Notes: a model not told the origin generated them from the letters alone. Shown: positions 18,961 to 29,267, counted from the first letter of the stretch. The stretch: DNA of 64,000 nt from an uncultured Gammaproteobacteria bacterium (GCA_964500725.1 CAZCNP010000001.1:766-64765); one strand, 5' to 3'. A program made the numbers and translations.

Positions 18961-20106
18961 TCAAGATCTATAGCTTTTGAAATAAAGCAGGGTTACTGGG
19001 GCTCCCAGTATTACAGCAAAAATTAAGGCATTAATTGGGCCTACTTTATCTGCAACAATTCCTAAGATTATAGAGAAAATCCCAAAACAAATACTTTGGC
19101 CAAAGTTATTTAAAGATCCCATGGTAGCCCTTTGCTGATTGGTAAAGGCTTTTTGCATTAAATTATCCTCAGCTACCATATTAGTCCCAAATAATAGGGA
19201 AGTAGAACTCATCAAAGCTGGTGAGGCCACAGTTGGGAATATTAAAGAAACTAAATTAATAACAAAAGAATATATCCCACTAAAAATAATTAATTTATAT
19301 TCATTGAATTTATTAATTAGCTTTCCACTAAAGTAGAAGCTCAAAGCTCCTCCTATATTAGAAGCAGTTTGGGCAAGTCCAATAGCCCAGATAGGCCAGA
19401 GGAGTTGTATAAAAGCAGATCTAAACATCCAGGCAGATTCTCCTATTCCATAACTTAAAATACCAGATAAACTTAAATATCTTAATTTTTTATTTGTTAT
19501 AAAAAGCTTTAAGGATTCAGCTAGATGATTATAAATATTAGTGCTTTCTTTTTTATGAATTTTTGGCTCTTTAAAAAGAAAGCTTAGCAAAATACAAACA
19601 ACTGGAGAAAGGATTGATAACCAAAATACTAAAGGAAAAGATTTAGCAGCAATAAAAGAACCTAACACTGCTGAGATAGCTAAGGCTACCTGATCCATAG
19701 AAGAAGTTTTTCCCAACACTTCATGGTAAATATTTACCCTGCCTTGTTCACTTAAAGTATCATAAAGTAAAGCTGTATTATTCCCACTAAAAAAAGATCT
19801 GCTTATCCCTTCTGCAACAGCTCCTAAAAGCAGTACCCAATAAGAAAACCCTAAGGCATAACAGAAAATACCAAAAGTTAAAAATAGGCTTCCCAAAAGG
19901 ATAGTTTTCTTTCTGCCAATATAATCAGAAAATACCCCTGTGGGAATCTCAAAAAGGGCAGAGGATAAGTAGGTAGCAGAGAAAATACTCATCCCCAAAG
20001 CATAAGAACCACTAACTTGGGAAAAATAGATAATAGCAATAGGAGCATAAAACCTAAAATCAGCAAAGAAATTAAACAAATAAAATAAATTAATATTCCT
20101 ATTCAT
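18961..20106 (-). CDS. MFS transporter
   Basis: 381 aa with about 12 hydrophobic segments. Confidence 0.7.
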   Translation of the reverse strand: MNRNINLFYLFNFFADFRFYAPIAIIYFSQVSGSYALGMSIFSATYLSSALFEIPTGVFSDYIGRKKTILLGSLFLTFGIFCYALGFSYWVLLLGAVAEGISRSFFSGNNTALLYDTLSEQGRVNIYHEVLGKTSSMDQVALAISAVLGSFIAAKSFPLVFWLSILSPVVCILLSFLFKEPKIHKKESTNIYNHLAESLKLFITNKKLRYLSLSGILSYGIGESAWMFRSAFIQLLWPIWAIGLAQTASNIGGALSFYFSGKLINKFNEYKLIIFSGIYSFVINLVSLIFPTVASPALMSSTSLLFGTNMVAEDNLMQKAFTNQQRATMGSLNNFGQSICFGIFSIILGIVADKVGPINALIFAVILGAPVTLLYFKSYRS

Positions 20107-20149
20107 TCTTACATTGTACAGTACTCAAACCCTGCAATTGCTCACAGAA

Positions 20150-20713
20150 TTAAATAAGTTCTAACAACCCCTTTTCTGCGGCATTAAAATCCTCAAATGT
20201 TTTATATCCATACTTTTCTGCTTCCTGTTTATATTTTTCTCTTTCACAGTTAAAAAAGAGTTCTGCTTCTTTTCTTTGTAATCTTTCTGTTTTTCCCCAT
20301 CTTGGGTTTTTCTTATTCCTTTCAAAGATTTGTTCCAAAGATTCTCCTAATAAAAATATCCCTGGAAAACTAAAATCTTTATTTGCTAGATGAGGAAGGA
20401 TATTTACTCCTTCTACTACTACTGATTTATGAAATTTTATAGTTTCTTTAACTTTGTTTAACATTGTTGGCCAAAAGGCCTCTGATTGAGCAACTAAATT
20501 TTTCCAATGATCTTCGCAAGAAGTTTGTGTTAAATACTTTTCTTCATCTTGATTAAAGAAAAAATCAGTCCAATACCTTAAGTTTGGGTCATTTCTCATT
20601 TCTGCTCTTAATGTATCTAAATTTAAATGGAAAGCTCCAGTTTTTTCAGCAACTTTTCTTGCTAAATAACTTTTCCCTGATGCTGGTATCCCACCAATAA
20701 AAACATGGCTCAT
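20150..20713 (-). CDS. P-loop NTPase / kinase-like protein
   Basis: Walker A motif GGIPASGKSYLA. Confidence 0.55.
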   Translation of the reverse strand: MSHVFIGGIPASGKSYLARKVAEKTGAFHLNLDTLRAEMRNDPNLRYWTDFFFNQDEEKYLTQTSCEDHWKNLVAQSEAFWPTMLNKVKETIKFHKSVVVEGVNILPHLANKDFSFPGIFLLGESLEQIFERNKKNPRWGKTERLQRKEAELFFNCEREKYKQEAEKYGYKTFEDFNAAEKGLLELI

Positions 20714-20806
20714 AAGCTTAGTATAGATGTTTACATCTGTAATTCAAAGAATTACAGAAAGCATAAGCAACTATCTTACAATCTAACTTTTTGTTAGAAT
20801 TTTGCT

Positions 20807-21337
20807 ATGATCACAAGAAAGCAACAGAAATGGATTGATCATCTCTCTGATGTAGATAAAATAAAGATAGTTCCTTTTGATCCAACTGCTGAAGAAAAAT
20901 TTCAAAAAATAAAACAAAAAATTCAGGATGCCTTGGGAAAAGATATTTCTGTTTTACATCGTGGAGCATCTAGCTTAGGTATTTCTGGACAAGATGAAAT
21001 TGATATTTATGTTCCAGTTCCTTCTAATCAATTTAATCCACTAATAGAACCATTAAAGAATCTTTTTGGAAATCACGGAAGTCTTTATCCATTAGAAAGA
21101 GTGCATTTCGTAACAGAAGTTGATGGAAAACATATAGATATATTTTTAATAAATAATGAGTGTGAGGGTTGGACTAATGGAGTTAAGTTCGAAAATTACC
21201 TTCGTTCCTATCCAGATACCTTGGAAGCATATAGATTATTAAAAGAGAACGGAGATGGATTATCAGGTAGAGAATACTACCGCAGGAAGATTGAATTCTT
21301 TAATGAAGTACTATCTAAACTGGACAAAGGGTGCTAA
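20807..21337 (+). CDS. GrpB family protein (nucleotidyltransferase fold)
   Basis: HRGASSLGISGQDEIDIYVPV matches the GrpB pattern. Confidence 0.6.
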   Translation: MITRKQQKWIDHLSDVDKIKIVPFDPTAEEKFQKIKQKIQDALGKDISVLHRGASSLGISGQDEIDIYVPVPSNQFNPLIEPLKNLFGNHGSLYPLERVHFVTEVDGKHIDIFLINNECEGWTNGVKFENYLRSYPDTLEAYRLLKENGDGLSGREYYRRKIEFFNEVLSKLDKGC

Positions 21338-21465
21338 ATGCCCTGTATCTGGAAAAATCAAAAACCCAATTTTCCCTTTACCACCAACAATATATTCTCC
21401 GGTAATTTTATCAATTTCTAATCTTTGTATCGTGTGATCTTTTATAATAGTTTCAACAAAATTCA

Positions 21466-22092
21466 TTATTTATTTTCTCTTTGGCTAATCTTCCAAAATC
21501 TTAAAATCCCATACCCAATTAGCAAACCTCCCACAATTCCATTTAATAGTTGGATTAATAAAGCAGGAACAGTTCCCTTTATAAGAGAGAATATCATTAC
21601 AGACAAACCCATAAATAAGAATGTAGCAAAACCAGTTCCTAAGCCAAAAATTAATAATTCTTTTCTGGTGTAGTTATACTCAACAGCTTTTGCAGTAAAT
21701 AGACTGGTGAATGTAACAATTGTCTGAGGACTAGATATAGTGATTAAAAAAACTGAGGTAAAACTTGTTAGGATACCTGTGGATGCTATTGTCAAAATAT
21801 TTAATGTATTACCATTAACTGCCCCTTTTAAAATTAAAGATCCCAGGATTATCAATACTCCTGAGCTAATAATCCCAAAAGGTTTTTTAACCTTTTTATG
21901 TTCAATCAGTTTACCGATACCAACAATTGCTAAAGAAATATAAAGGTAGTCAACAAGGGTTACAGCCAATACTCCTGCAAAACCATCTATAAATGATCTC
22001 TGCAAAGCCAAGTTAATAATAAAGAAAAATACAGGACCAATGGCAAGCTGTAAAGTTAACCCTGTTAATAAACCATTTATAAAAATATTCAT
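21466..22092 (-). CDS. LysE/RhtB family amino-acid exporter
   Basis: N-terminal GLLTGLTLQLAIGPV motif and multiple TM segments. Start trimmed to MNIFING. Confidence 0.7.
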   Translation of the reverse strand: MNIFINGLLTGLTLQLAIGPVFFFIINLALQRSFIDGFAGVLAVTLVDYLYISLAIVGIGKLIEHKKVKKPFGIISSGVLIILGSLILKGAVNGNTLNILTIASTGILTSFTSVFLITISSPQTIVTFTSLFTAKAVEYNYTRKELLIFGLGTGFATFLFMGLSVMIFSLIKGTVPALLIQLLNGIVGGLLIGYGILRFWKISQRENK

Positions 22093-22448
22093 CTGTGTAT
22101 CATGAACTACTCTGCAGTTTACGTTTGCGAAGCAAAGGAAAGCTTTGCTTACTGCGGAGTATCCCTTCGGGTGAATTCTTTTTAAACCTTCCATCCCCAA
22201 AGCCTACTGACGGGGTATTCTGGTTCAAAAATAAAAGTAAAAAGGGTCCTTACTCAAATTGTACAACTTTTCTAGTTATTTTTGACAAATATAGAAAACT
22301 TTAGTTTAATAAAGCTATAGCTGAATGCAAAGTTAAAAAGCCTATTTTTGCTTAAAATAAAAAATTAAGGCTACATTGTAAGAATTCTCGTACTAAAATA
22401 CAACTTGACTTTCATAATTCTCGGGCTATAATTGAACATAGTGAAATT

Positions 22449-23699
22449 ATGATAAGAAGAGTCATACTAAACCAGATACAAAATCACCTTTCAAATCCTG
22501 AAATTACCCTTATTGTGGGACCGCGCCAGGCTGGTAAAACCACGTTGATGGAGATATTAAGAGATGATTTAGAGAAAAAGGGCGAAAAAACTCTTTTTCT
22601 AAATCTTGATTTCAATGCAGACCGGCCTTTTTTCGACTCCCAGGAGAAACTCCTGCAAAGAATTTCCTACGAGATGGGTCAAGATAAAGGGTATGTTTTT
22701 ATTGATGAAATACAAAGGAAAGAAGACGCCGGAGTATTCCTAAAAGGACTTTATGATATGAAGCTACCATATAAATTTATTGTCTCAGGATCTGGAAGCA
22801 TAGAACTGAAAGAGAAAATTCATGAATCATTGCCAGGCAGAAAAAGGCTGTTTGAACTTACAACTTTAAGTTTTGAAGAGTTTGTGGCATATAAGCAAGG
22901 TCGTTCCTTTGTAAAGCTTGCTACCTTTTTTGATCTTTTTGGGGAGTTGTCCATTCAATATCTTGAAGAGTATCTAAATTTTGGGGGATATCCTAAGGTG
23001 GTGCTGGCACCAACTATCGATGAAAAACGGGCAACTATTGCTGATATTTACCAAAGTTTTCTGGAAAAAGATATGTCAGTTCTTTTAAACATCCAAAAAA
23101 CTGAAAGCTTAACTGCCTTACTTAGAGTCCTTGCTTCCCAAATAGGTAATTTAGTTAATTTGGCAGAGCTTTCCAATACTTTAGGAATCTCAGTTCAAAC
23201 TGTCAAAGATTATCTCTGGTATTTGGAAAAAACCTATATCATCAGCAAAGTTACACCTTATTTTAAGAATACCAGAAAGGAAATAACAAAAAGTCCTGTC
23301 TACTATTTTGTTGATTTGGGACTTCGCAACTTCGCAGCCAATCAGTTTGGCAATGCCACTTTTGACTCTGCTGGGTTTTTATTTGAAAATTTTGTCCACA
23401 ACAATCTTAAAAATCATCTTCAGCTTACCCCTACTACTGTTCATTTTTGGAGAACCAAGGATAGGGCTGAGGTTGATTTTGTCCTAAATACTGGCAAAGA
23501 GGTTGTACCTATAGAGGTCAAGTATACAAACTTAAAAAAGCCTGAGACGAGCCGTTCTTTTAGATCATTTCTAACCAAATATAAAGTACCAAAAGCATTT
23601 ATTGTGAATATTAGTTTAACCCAGGAAATAACTACTGAAGGAACTAAAGTTTATTTTGTTCCCTTCTTTAACACCCAAATTATAACTAAAAATATATAG
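22449..23699 (+). CDS. AAA+ ATPase (AAA_14 + DUF4143 family)
   Basis: Walker A motif GPRQAGKTTL and family-typical length. Confidence 0.7.
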   Translation: MIRRVILNQIQNHLSNPEITLIVGPRQAGKTTLMEILRDDLEKKGEKTLFLNLDFNADRPFFDSQEKLLQRISYEMGQDKGYVFIDEIQRKEDAGVFLKGLYDMKLPYKFIVSGSGSIELKEKIHESLPGRKRLFELTTLSFEEFVAYKQGRSFVKLATFFDLFGELSIQYLEEYLNFGGYPKVVLAPTIDEKRATIADIYQSFLEKDMSVLLNIQKTESLTALLRVLASQIGNLVNLAELSNTLGISVQTVKDYLWYLEKTYIISKVTPYFKNTRKEITKSPVYYFVDLGLRNFAANQFGNATFDSAGFLFENFVHNNLKNHLQLTPTTVHFWRTKDRAEVDFVLNTGKEVVPIEVKYTNLKKPETSRSFRSFLTKYKVPKAFIVNISLTQEITTEGTKVYFVPFFNTQIITKNI

Positions 23700-23739
23700 T
23701 AAAAGTATTATTCAGCAAATAGTTCACTGTCCTATCAAG

Positions 23740-23766
23740 TGCCGAGGAGAGGAATTGAACCTCCAC
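23740..23766 (-). other. Orphan tRNA 3' fragment (T-arm plus acceptor 3' strand: GTGGAGGTTCAATTCCTCTCCTCGGCA)
   Basis: Close to the 3' end of tRNA-Leu(TAG) at 29235-29261 (GTGGAGGTTCAACTCCTCTCCTGGGCA). No 5' half is present. Confidence 0.35.
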
Positions 23767-23788
23767 GAAGCAAATATATTTCACAAAA

Positions 23789-24523
23789 TTACCACAGTAA
23801 AGGAATTTTTCTATCAGGAGGTAAAGCTGTCCTTCCTTTTGATATCGAAGGAGAATAATACCAATCATAGGAAGAAAATTGGTTTGGACTAGATGCTTTA
23901 AAAATCTCATCGGGACCCAATAAATATACAGCCTTCCTATATGCATTTTTTAAATCATGATAGTTTCTTAAATATGTCGAGTAAGAACAGTATGGCGTCA
24001 GTTTATAAACATATTCTGCAGCATTAATTTCTGTATTAAACATATTCATTGCTGTAATCACACCATCGGAAAGTAAACGCCTAAAGTCCTGATTGACCCA
24101 CATGTCAGTGGTCCAAAAATCGTTTCCATCAATGATTTTTCTCTCGCGAATTTCATCTATCGCTCTGTTGAATCTGTTGCCTACATCAAAAGTTACTTCG
24201 TAATTAAAACAAACATGTCTATAAATTTTATCTTTAGGAGGATCTGGCAAATGTGCAAGTGTGAATAATTCTGAAAGCGAAACATCGATGTCAGGTGAAA
24301 TTTTTCGGTACAAATCATAAGCCTGAGTAATAGCACCTACTTCGTTTACTCTCAATAAACCTCTATCTAAAATTACAGCAAGCCAAAGACCAGCATTTGA
24401 AAGTGGGTGTTTTTTAAGTAGCGTTTCTCTTTTATGATCCTGTTCCGCAAGAGTGAGTCCGTGTGGTTGAAAAATTCTTCCAACCAAGGCTCTTGGTACT
24501 TCCGTAATCCCCATTTGAATCAT
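23789..24523 (-). CDS. Hypothetical protein (245 aa)
   Basis: The ORF-track N-terminus (to 24745) would overlap tRNA-Leu(CAG), so I trimmed it to the ATG at 24523 (MIQMGITEV). Confidence 0.45.
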   Translation of the reverse strand: MIQMGITEVPRALVGRIFQPHGLTLAEQDHKRETLLKKHPLSNAGLWLAVILDRGLLRVNEVGAITQAYDLYRKISPDIDVSLSELFTLAHLPDPPKDKIYRHVCFNYEVTFDVGNRFNRAIDEIRERKIIDGNDFWTTDMWVNQDFRRLLSDGVITAMNMFNTEINAAEYVYKLTPYCSYSTYLRNYHDLKNAYRKAVYLLGPDEIFKASSPNQFSSYDWYYSPSISKGRTALPPDRKIPLLW

Positions 24524-24550
24524 TTTAACATAGCTTACAACCTTCTTTTG

Positions 24551-24633
24551 TGCGGACGAAAGGAGTTGAACCTTCACCCCATTGCTGGGACAGCGCTCTG
24601 AACGCTGCGCGTCTGCCATTCCGCCACGTCCGC
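24551..24633 (-). tRNA. tRNA-Leu (anticodon CAG), long variable arm
   Basis: Acceptor GCGGACG/CGTCCGC, anticodon stem CAGCG/CGCTG, loop TTCAGAG, T-loop TTCAACT. Confidence 0.8.
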
Positions 24634-24673
24634 ATGTCACATATTCTAACATCAATGATATAATATTTCCGCT

Positions 24674-25699
24674 GTGGCAAATACAACAAACAATAAGTAC
24701 CCTTTCCAGCAAAAGATAGTGACTTTTGGTGGGGGGACTGGACATTTTTCTTTACTTAGAGGATTAGTTGAGCAAAACCAGCCAGACCTTTTAACTGCTG
24801 TTGTAGGAACATGGGATTCTGGTGGATCTTCTGGGAGACTAAGAACAGAAGTAGGTATTTTACCCCCTGGGGATATTAGACAGTGTTTGCTAGCTTTAAT
24901 GGAGGATCCCAAACAAAGACAAGTAGCCCAGAAACTATTTGATGACAGGCTGGAAGATATCAGTGGTCCTTTGAAAGGGCACAGTTTTGGGAACCTGGTA
25001 GCAGCCAGGCTTGAACATATTTATAAAGGCCCGGACAGGGGAGTTGAGGCTGAAAGATTATTATTTAGAATCAAAGGCAGGGTTTTACCAATTTCCTTAA
25101 CAGAACTTAATTTAATGGCCAAGTTAGTAGGTGGGGAAGAAATTGAAGGGGAAACTAATATTGACCTTAGAGGTGAAAGCAAAAACTATAATCCCAAACA
25201 TAGAATTTTAAGAATTTATTTTGATACTAATGCTGATCCTAATCCAGAAGTAATTGAACAAATTTCCTGTGCTGATAAAATCATTTTTTCAGCAGGAGAT
25301 TTATATACCTCTCTGCTTCCACACCTTTTAGTTGGGGGAATTAAAGAAGCAATTATAGCCTCAAAAACCAAAGTTATTTTAGTTTTGAACCTGATGACCA
25401 AAAGAGGAGAAACAGATTTTTTCCAAGCCTCAGATTATTTAAAAGCATTTTTATCCTATTTAGAAGATAAAAACAGAATAAATTATATGATTGCCAATTC
25501 AAATGGTTTGGATCCAGAAGTATTGAAGATTTATAAAAAACAAGGACAAGGGGTGGTTAAGGTAGATGAGGAGGGATGCAAGAAAGTTTCCCCAGCTACC
25601 AAGATTATAAAATCAAATTTGGCAATTTATCACTTAAGAGACCATCTTTTCCGTCATGATCCAGCCTCTTTGGCAAAGCTGATTTTAGAGCTAAATTAG
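24674..25699 (+). CDS. YvcK/CofD-like (UPF0052) gluconeogenesis-factor family protein
   Basis: VTFGGGTGHFSLLRGL N-terminal motif. Confidence 0.7.
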   Translation: MANTTNNKYPFQQKIVTFGGGTGHFSLLRGLVEQNQPDLLTAVVGTWDSGGSSGRLRTEVGILPPGDIRQCLLALMEDPKQRQVAQKLFDDRLEDISGPLKGHSFGNLVAARLEHIYKGPDRGVEAERLLFRIKGRVLPISLTELNLMAKLVGGEEIEGETNIDLRGESKNYNPKHRILRIYFDTNADPNPEVIEQISCADKIIFSAGDLYTSLLPHLLVGGIKEAIIASKTKVILVLNLMTKRGETDFFQASDYLKAFLSYLEDKNRINYMIANSNGLDPEVLKIYKKQGQGVVKVDEEGCKKVSPATKIIKSNLAIYHLRDHLFRHDPASLAKLILELN

Positions 25700-25765
25700 C
25701 CTCAAAAATGGCATTGACAAATCCCAAATTTTAGAGTTACTATAATTCACTGCTAGAGAATTAAC

Positions 25766-25796
25766 AGGTTCTGCGAGCACGAGGTATAATAATTCA
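25766..25796 (+). promoter_or_regulatory. Candidate promoter TTAACA, 18-nt spacer, TATAAT
   Basis: Hexamers read upstream of 25842. Confidence 0.3.
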
Positions 25797-25841
25797 TACC
25801 GAAGTGCGAAGCAGGTCCTTATCAAAGGCAACAAAAAGCAG

Positions 25842-26438
25842 ATGGACACTGTAAAACCTCAAGCCAGAATATGGTTTGTGGCTGCCTGGTTTGGAGCATC
25901 CACAACTACCTTAATATTTACTATTTTATTTAGCTTGTACCTATCAAGCCCAAAACTCATTACCCCTCATAATAGCGGACAAAGCTTTAAACTTTATGCA
26001 GCTTTACCTAAAACAGAAGCAGAGGTTACTGATGGGATAGTTGCTGCTGATGGCAGGGCTAAAATAGTTGAAAACTTTTTTGTAAGTTATCAAGCTCCTT
26101 TGGCTGAGCATAGCCAGACTTTTATTGAGGTGGCTGATAAGTACCAATTAGACTGGAGGCTGCTTCCCTCGATTGCTATGCAGGAATCAAATGGAGGCAA
26201 AAAAATTATAGAGGAATCCTATAATCCCTTTGGGTATGGGATTTATGGAAAGCTGGTTACTAAGTTTGACTCCTGGGATATGGCAATAGAAAGAGTAGGC
26301 AGGGCTTTAAGAGAAGACTATCTAAATCAGGGTTTGAAAAATCCAACTCAAATTATGGCCAAATACACCCCTCCATCTTTGGAAAAGGGTGGAGCCTGGG
26401 CCAAAGGTGTTTTAACCTTCATGAAAGAACTGCAATAG
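25842..26438 (+). CDS. Membrane-anchored glucosaminidase-like (GH73-like) peptidoglycan hydrolase, paralog 1
   Basis: N-terminal TM segment. IAMQESNGGK..NPFGYG resembles the FlgJ/GH73 AQAxLESGWG..NNLFGIK motif. Confidence 0.5.
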   Translation: MDTVKPQARIWFVAAWFGASTTTLIFTILFSLYLSSPKLITPHNSGQSFKLYAALPKTEAEVTDGIVAADGRAKIVENFFVSYQAPLAEHSQTFIEVADKYQLDWRLLPSIAMQESNGGKKIIEESYNPFGYGIYGKLVTKFDSWDMAIERVGRALREDYLNQGLKNPTQIMAKYTPPSLEKGGAWAKGVLTFMKELQ

Positions 26439-26516
26439 ACCTCTAGACTTGACATTTTAATTTCACTTTGCTATACTATCGGCTTCATCCTGTCTTTTTG
26501 TGACAGGATTTTTTTT

Positions 26517-27107
26517 ATGAAAGCAAAAATATTGTTTTCTTTTCTTTTAACTTTTCTTCTTATTCTAACCAGCAAACAAGTGTTGGCCCAAACTAGTGAA
26601 AACAACCTCACTAGTTACCAAGTTGAAAGCAAAAAGCTGGATAACAGGGCTAAAATACTCTCTGAGTATTTGGCTCAATTTAACTCACCTCTACAAAATC
26701 ATGCTCAAGATTTTATTGAGGCTGCTGATACTTATAACCTGGACTGGAAAATGGTAGCCTCTATTGCTGGGGTAGAATCTACTTTTGGTAAACATATTCC
26801 TGGTGGATACAATGCCTGGGGATGGGGAGTATATGGCACACAAGCCATTTATTTTAACTCATGGAGAGATGGTATTTTTACTGTTTCCAAGGGTCTAAGG
26901 GAAAACTACTTAAACAAAGGCTTAACTGATCCTTATTCTATAAATAGAATTTATGCTGCCTCTCCTTCCTGGGGCAAAAATGTTAGTTACTTCATGCAGG
27001 ATTTAGAAAAGTTTGCTAGTGACTTTAAGATAGACAAACAAGAAATAACCCAACTTGACAAAGCTCCAATGATAGCTGCTATCTCTGGCCAATTAGTTTC
27101 AAAGTGA
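26517..27107 (+). CDS. Secreted glucosaminidase-like protein, paralog 2
   Basis: Signal peptide. IAGVESTFGK..NAWGWG, same motif as the upstream paralog. Confidence 0.5.
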   Translation: MKAKILFSFLLTFLLILTSKQVLAQTSENNLTSYQVESKKLDNRAKILSEYLAQFNSPLQNHAQDFIEAADTYNLDWKMVASIAGVESTFGKHIPGGYNAWGWGVYGTQAIYFNSWRDGIFTVSKGLRENYLNKGLTDPYSINRIYAASPSWGKNVSYFMQDLEKFASDFKIDKQEITQLDKAPMIAAISGQLVSK

Positions 27108-27119
27108 TACAATCTCTTC

Positions 27120-28433
27120 ATGCTCTTTTTTCCTGCAATTTTGTTAGGTAAAACAATTGCCTACTTCACAAAGTTTTTCAATCTTGGTGGTGGCTCAGCT
27201 GCTCCTGGGCTTTATGCTTTAAAATTAGAACCTAATTTGGTAGAAAAATTAAGCTCTAATATCCCAAAAAATATAGTAATTACAGGCACCAATGGTAAAA
27301 CCACTACCTCTAAAATGCTTGCCCATTTTGCTAAAAACTCTGGATTAAAAGTTATCAGAAATCACACTGGCTCAAATTTAGAAAGAGGCATTGCATCAAC
27401 CCTAATTTCTAACTATACCCTACACCCTAGACCCTACCTCCGTTCTTCGGAGGCAAGCTCTGCTTATACCCTAGACTTAGGGATTTGGGAGCTTGATGAG
27501 GCTGCCTTTAACAGCGTGGCTCCAAAACTAAAACCAGAGATAGTAGTTTTTTTAAATGTATTTAGGGATCAACTGGACAGGTATGGGGAAGTTGACAGTA
27601 TGGTAAAAAAGTGGTGCCAGACTTTAAAAACACTTGATCCAAAAACCCTGGTATTAGTAAATGGTGATGATGCCAATACAGCTGAGCTGAAGAAATGCTT
27701 TACAGGAAAGGTCCAGAAATTTGGAGTTAAAGGCTTAAAGATAACAGGTGAGGCCACAGAACACCAACAAGGAAAAGGTAAGTTAGACTATGAGGCCAGA
27801 AATATTAAATTTACTGGACTTAAGAATTCTAATTTTTCACTCTTAACTCATAACTCTACACTCTTAACTCGGTTACCCGTGCCAGGGCTTTATCATATTT
27901 ATGATTTCCTGGCCAGTTTTGCTGCTGGAGTTAACTTAGGTTTAGCACCCAAACAAATAATTTCTTCTCTCAAAAGCTATTCCCCAGCTTTCGGAAGAGT
28001 AGAAAAACTTCCCTTTGGGCATATATTCCTAATTAAAAATCCAGCTGGGGCTACCCAGGTTTTTGAAACTATTACTCCTAATATAAAACCTAATGACACC
28101 TTACTGCTGGCTTTAAATGATAACTTAGCAGATGGCACAGATGTTTCCTGGATCTGGGACGCCAAATTTGAAAAACTACGAACTACAAACTACAAACTTC
28201 AAACTATCTGCTCTGGCGCCAGAGCCTATGATCTGGCTAACAGATTAAAATATGCTGGGTTTGATCCTGAAAAGATTATCATTGAGCCAGAACTAAATAA
28301 GGCCTTTAAGCAGGCTAGAAGGAACCAAAAAGGCCACCTGTTTATCCTGCCTACCTATACAGCAATGCTTGAACTACAATCAATCCTGGTCAAAGCTGGA
28401 ATCAAGAAACATTACTGGGAGACAGAATCATGA
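27120..28433 (+). CDS. murT: Lipid II isoglutaminyl synthase subunit MurT (Mur-ligase family)
   Basis: GGGSAAPG N-terminus and Mur ligase P-loop ITGTNGKTTT. Paired with the downstream gatD. Confidence 0.8.
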   Translation: MLFFPAILLGKTIAYFTKFFNLGGGSAAPGLYALKLEPNLVEKLSSNIPKNIVITGTNGKTTTSKMLAHFAKNSGLKVIRNHTGSNLERGIASTLISNYTLHPRPYLRSSEASSAYTLDLGIWELDEAAFNSVAPKLKPEIVVFLNVFRDQLDRYGEVDSMVKKWCQTLKTLDPKTLVLVNGDDANTAELKKCFTGKVQKFGVKGLKITGEATEHQQGKGKLDYEARNIKFTGLKNSNFSLLTHNSTLLTRLPVPGLYHIYDFLASFAAGVNLGLAPKQIISSLKSYSPAFGRVEKLPFGHIFLIKNPAGATQVFETITPNIKPNDTLLLALNDNLADGTDVSWIWDAKFEKLRTTNYKLQTICSGARAYDLANRLKYAGFDPEKIIIEPELNKAFKQARRNQKGHLFILPTYTAMLELQSILVKAGIKKHYWETES

Positions 28434-29152
28434 AATTAATAATTGGTTATCTTTATGGTGATTTAATGAATATTTACGGAGACACAGGCAATATTACTGC
28501 CTTGCAAAAAAGAGCCCGGTGGAGAGGGATTGGAGTTGAGGTTAAACTAATTTCTATTGGAAGAAAATTAAAACCAAAAGAGGTGGACTTGTTTTTCTTT
28601 GGTGGAGGACAAGACCAAGCCCAGGAATTAGTTTCCAAAGACTTAGTAAAATCTGGAAAAGGTAAACTTATTAAAAGAGAGGTAGAAAGAGGAGTACCAC
28701 TGCTTTCTATTTGTGGTGGTTACCAGTTACTAGGGGAGTATTATCAACCCCATAAAGGGCCAAAATTGCCTGGTATAGGATTATTCCCAGCCTATACTTT
28801 AGCAAGCTATGACAGAATGATAGGGAATATTGTAATTGAGTCTATGTTTGGAAAATTAGTAGGCTTTGAAAATCATTCAGGTAAAACTCACCTTAAAAAA
28901 GGAGCTTTACCTTTAGGAATGGTTATTAAAGGGTTTGGAAATAATGGCAAAGACAAAGGAGAAGGATGTTTATATAAAAATGCTGTAGGTTGTTATATGC
29001 ATGGATCACTGCTTCCTAAAAACCCAAGACTTGCTGATTGGTTACTACAAAAAGCTTTAGAAACTAAATTTGGTAAACAATTTAAGCTGGAATCTTTGGA
29101 TGATGCTTTAGAACTCCAAGCCCACCAAAAAGCCATTTCCAGATTCAGCTAA
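28430..29152 (+). CDS. gatD: Glutamine amidotransferase GatD (CobQ-type), partner of MurT
   Basis: SICGGYQLLG catalytic Cys motif. Overlaps murT by 4 nt. Confidence 0.8.
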   Translation: MKLIIGYLYGDLMNIYGDTGNITALQKRARWRGIGVEVKLISIGRKLKPKEVDLFFFGGGQDQAQELVSKDLVKSGKGKLIKREVERGVPLLSICGGYQLLGEYYQPHKGPKLPGIGLFPAYTLASYDRMIGNIVIESMFGKLVGFENHSGKTHLKKGALPLGMVIKGFGNNGKDKGEGCLYKNAVGCYMHGSLLPKNPRLADWLLQKALETKFGKQFKLESLDDALELQAHQKAISRFS

Positions 29153-29178
29153 AAACTGTTAAAATACGAGGGTTAGTT

Positions 29179-29261
29179 AGCCCAGGTGATGGAATGGCAG
29201 ACATGTAACGTTTAGGGCGTTATGCTAGCAATAGCGTGGAGGTTCAACTCCTCTCCTGGGC
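29179..29261 (+). tRNA. tRNA-Leu (anticodon TAG), long variable arm
   Basis: Acceptor GCCCAGG/CCTGGGC, anticodon stem TAACG/CGTTA, loop TTTAGGG, T-loop TTCAACT. Confidence 0.8.
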
Positions 29262-29267
29262 ACAATT

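Noticed and set aside
21255-21673. ORFs 21255-21437 and 21425-21673 on the plus strand.
   Set aside because: They overlap the LysE exporter gene in antisense or lie in the short convergent gap, and show no motif.
22095-22304. 69-aa ORF upstream of LysE.
   Set aside because: It lies in the putative structured leader, and its composition does not look like protein.
23789-24745. 318-aa ORF as given in the track.
   Set aside because: Its N-terminal 74 codons run straight through tRNA-Leu(CAG) at 24551-24633. It is trimmed to the ATG at 24523.
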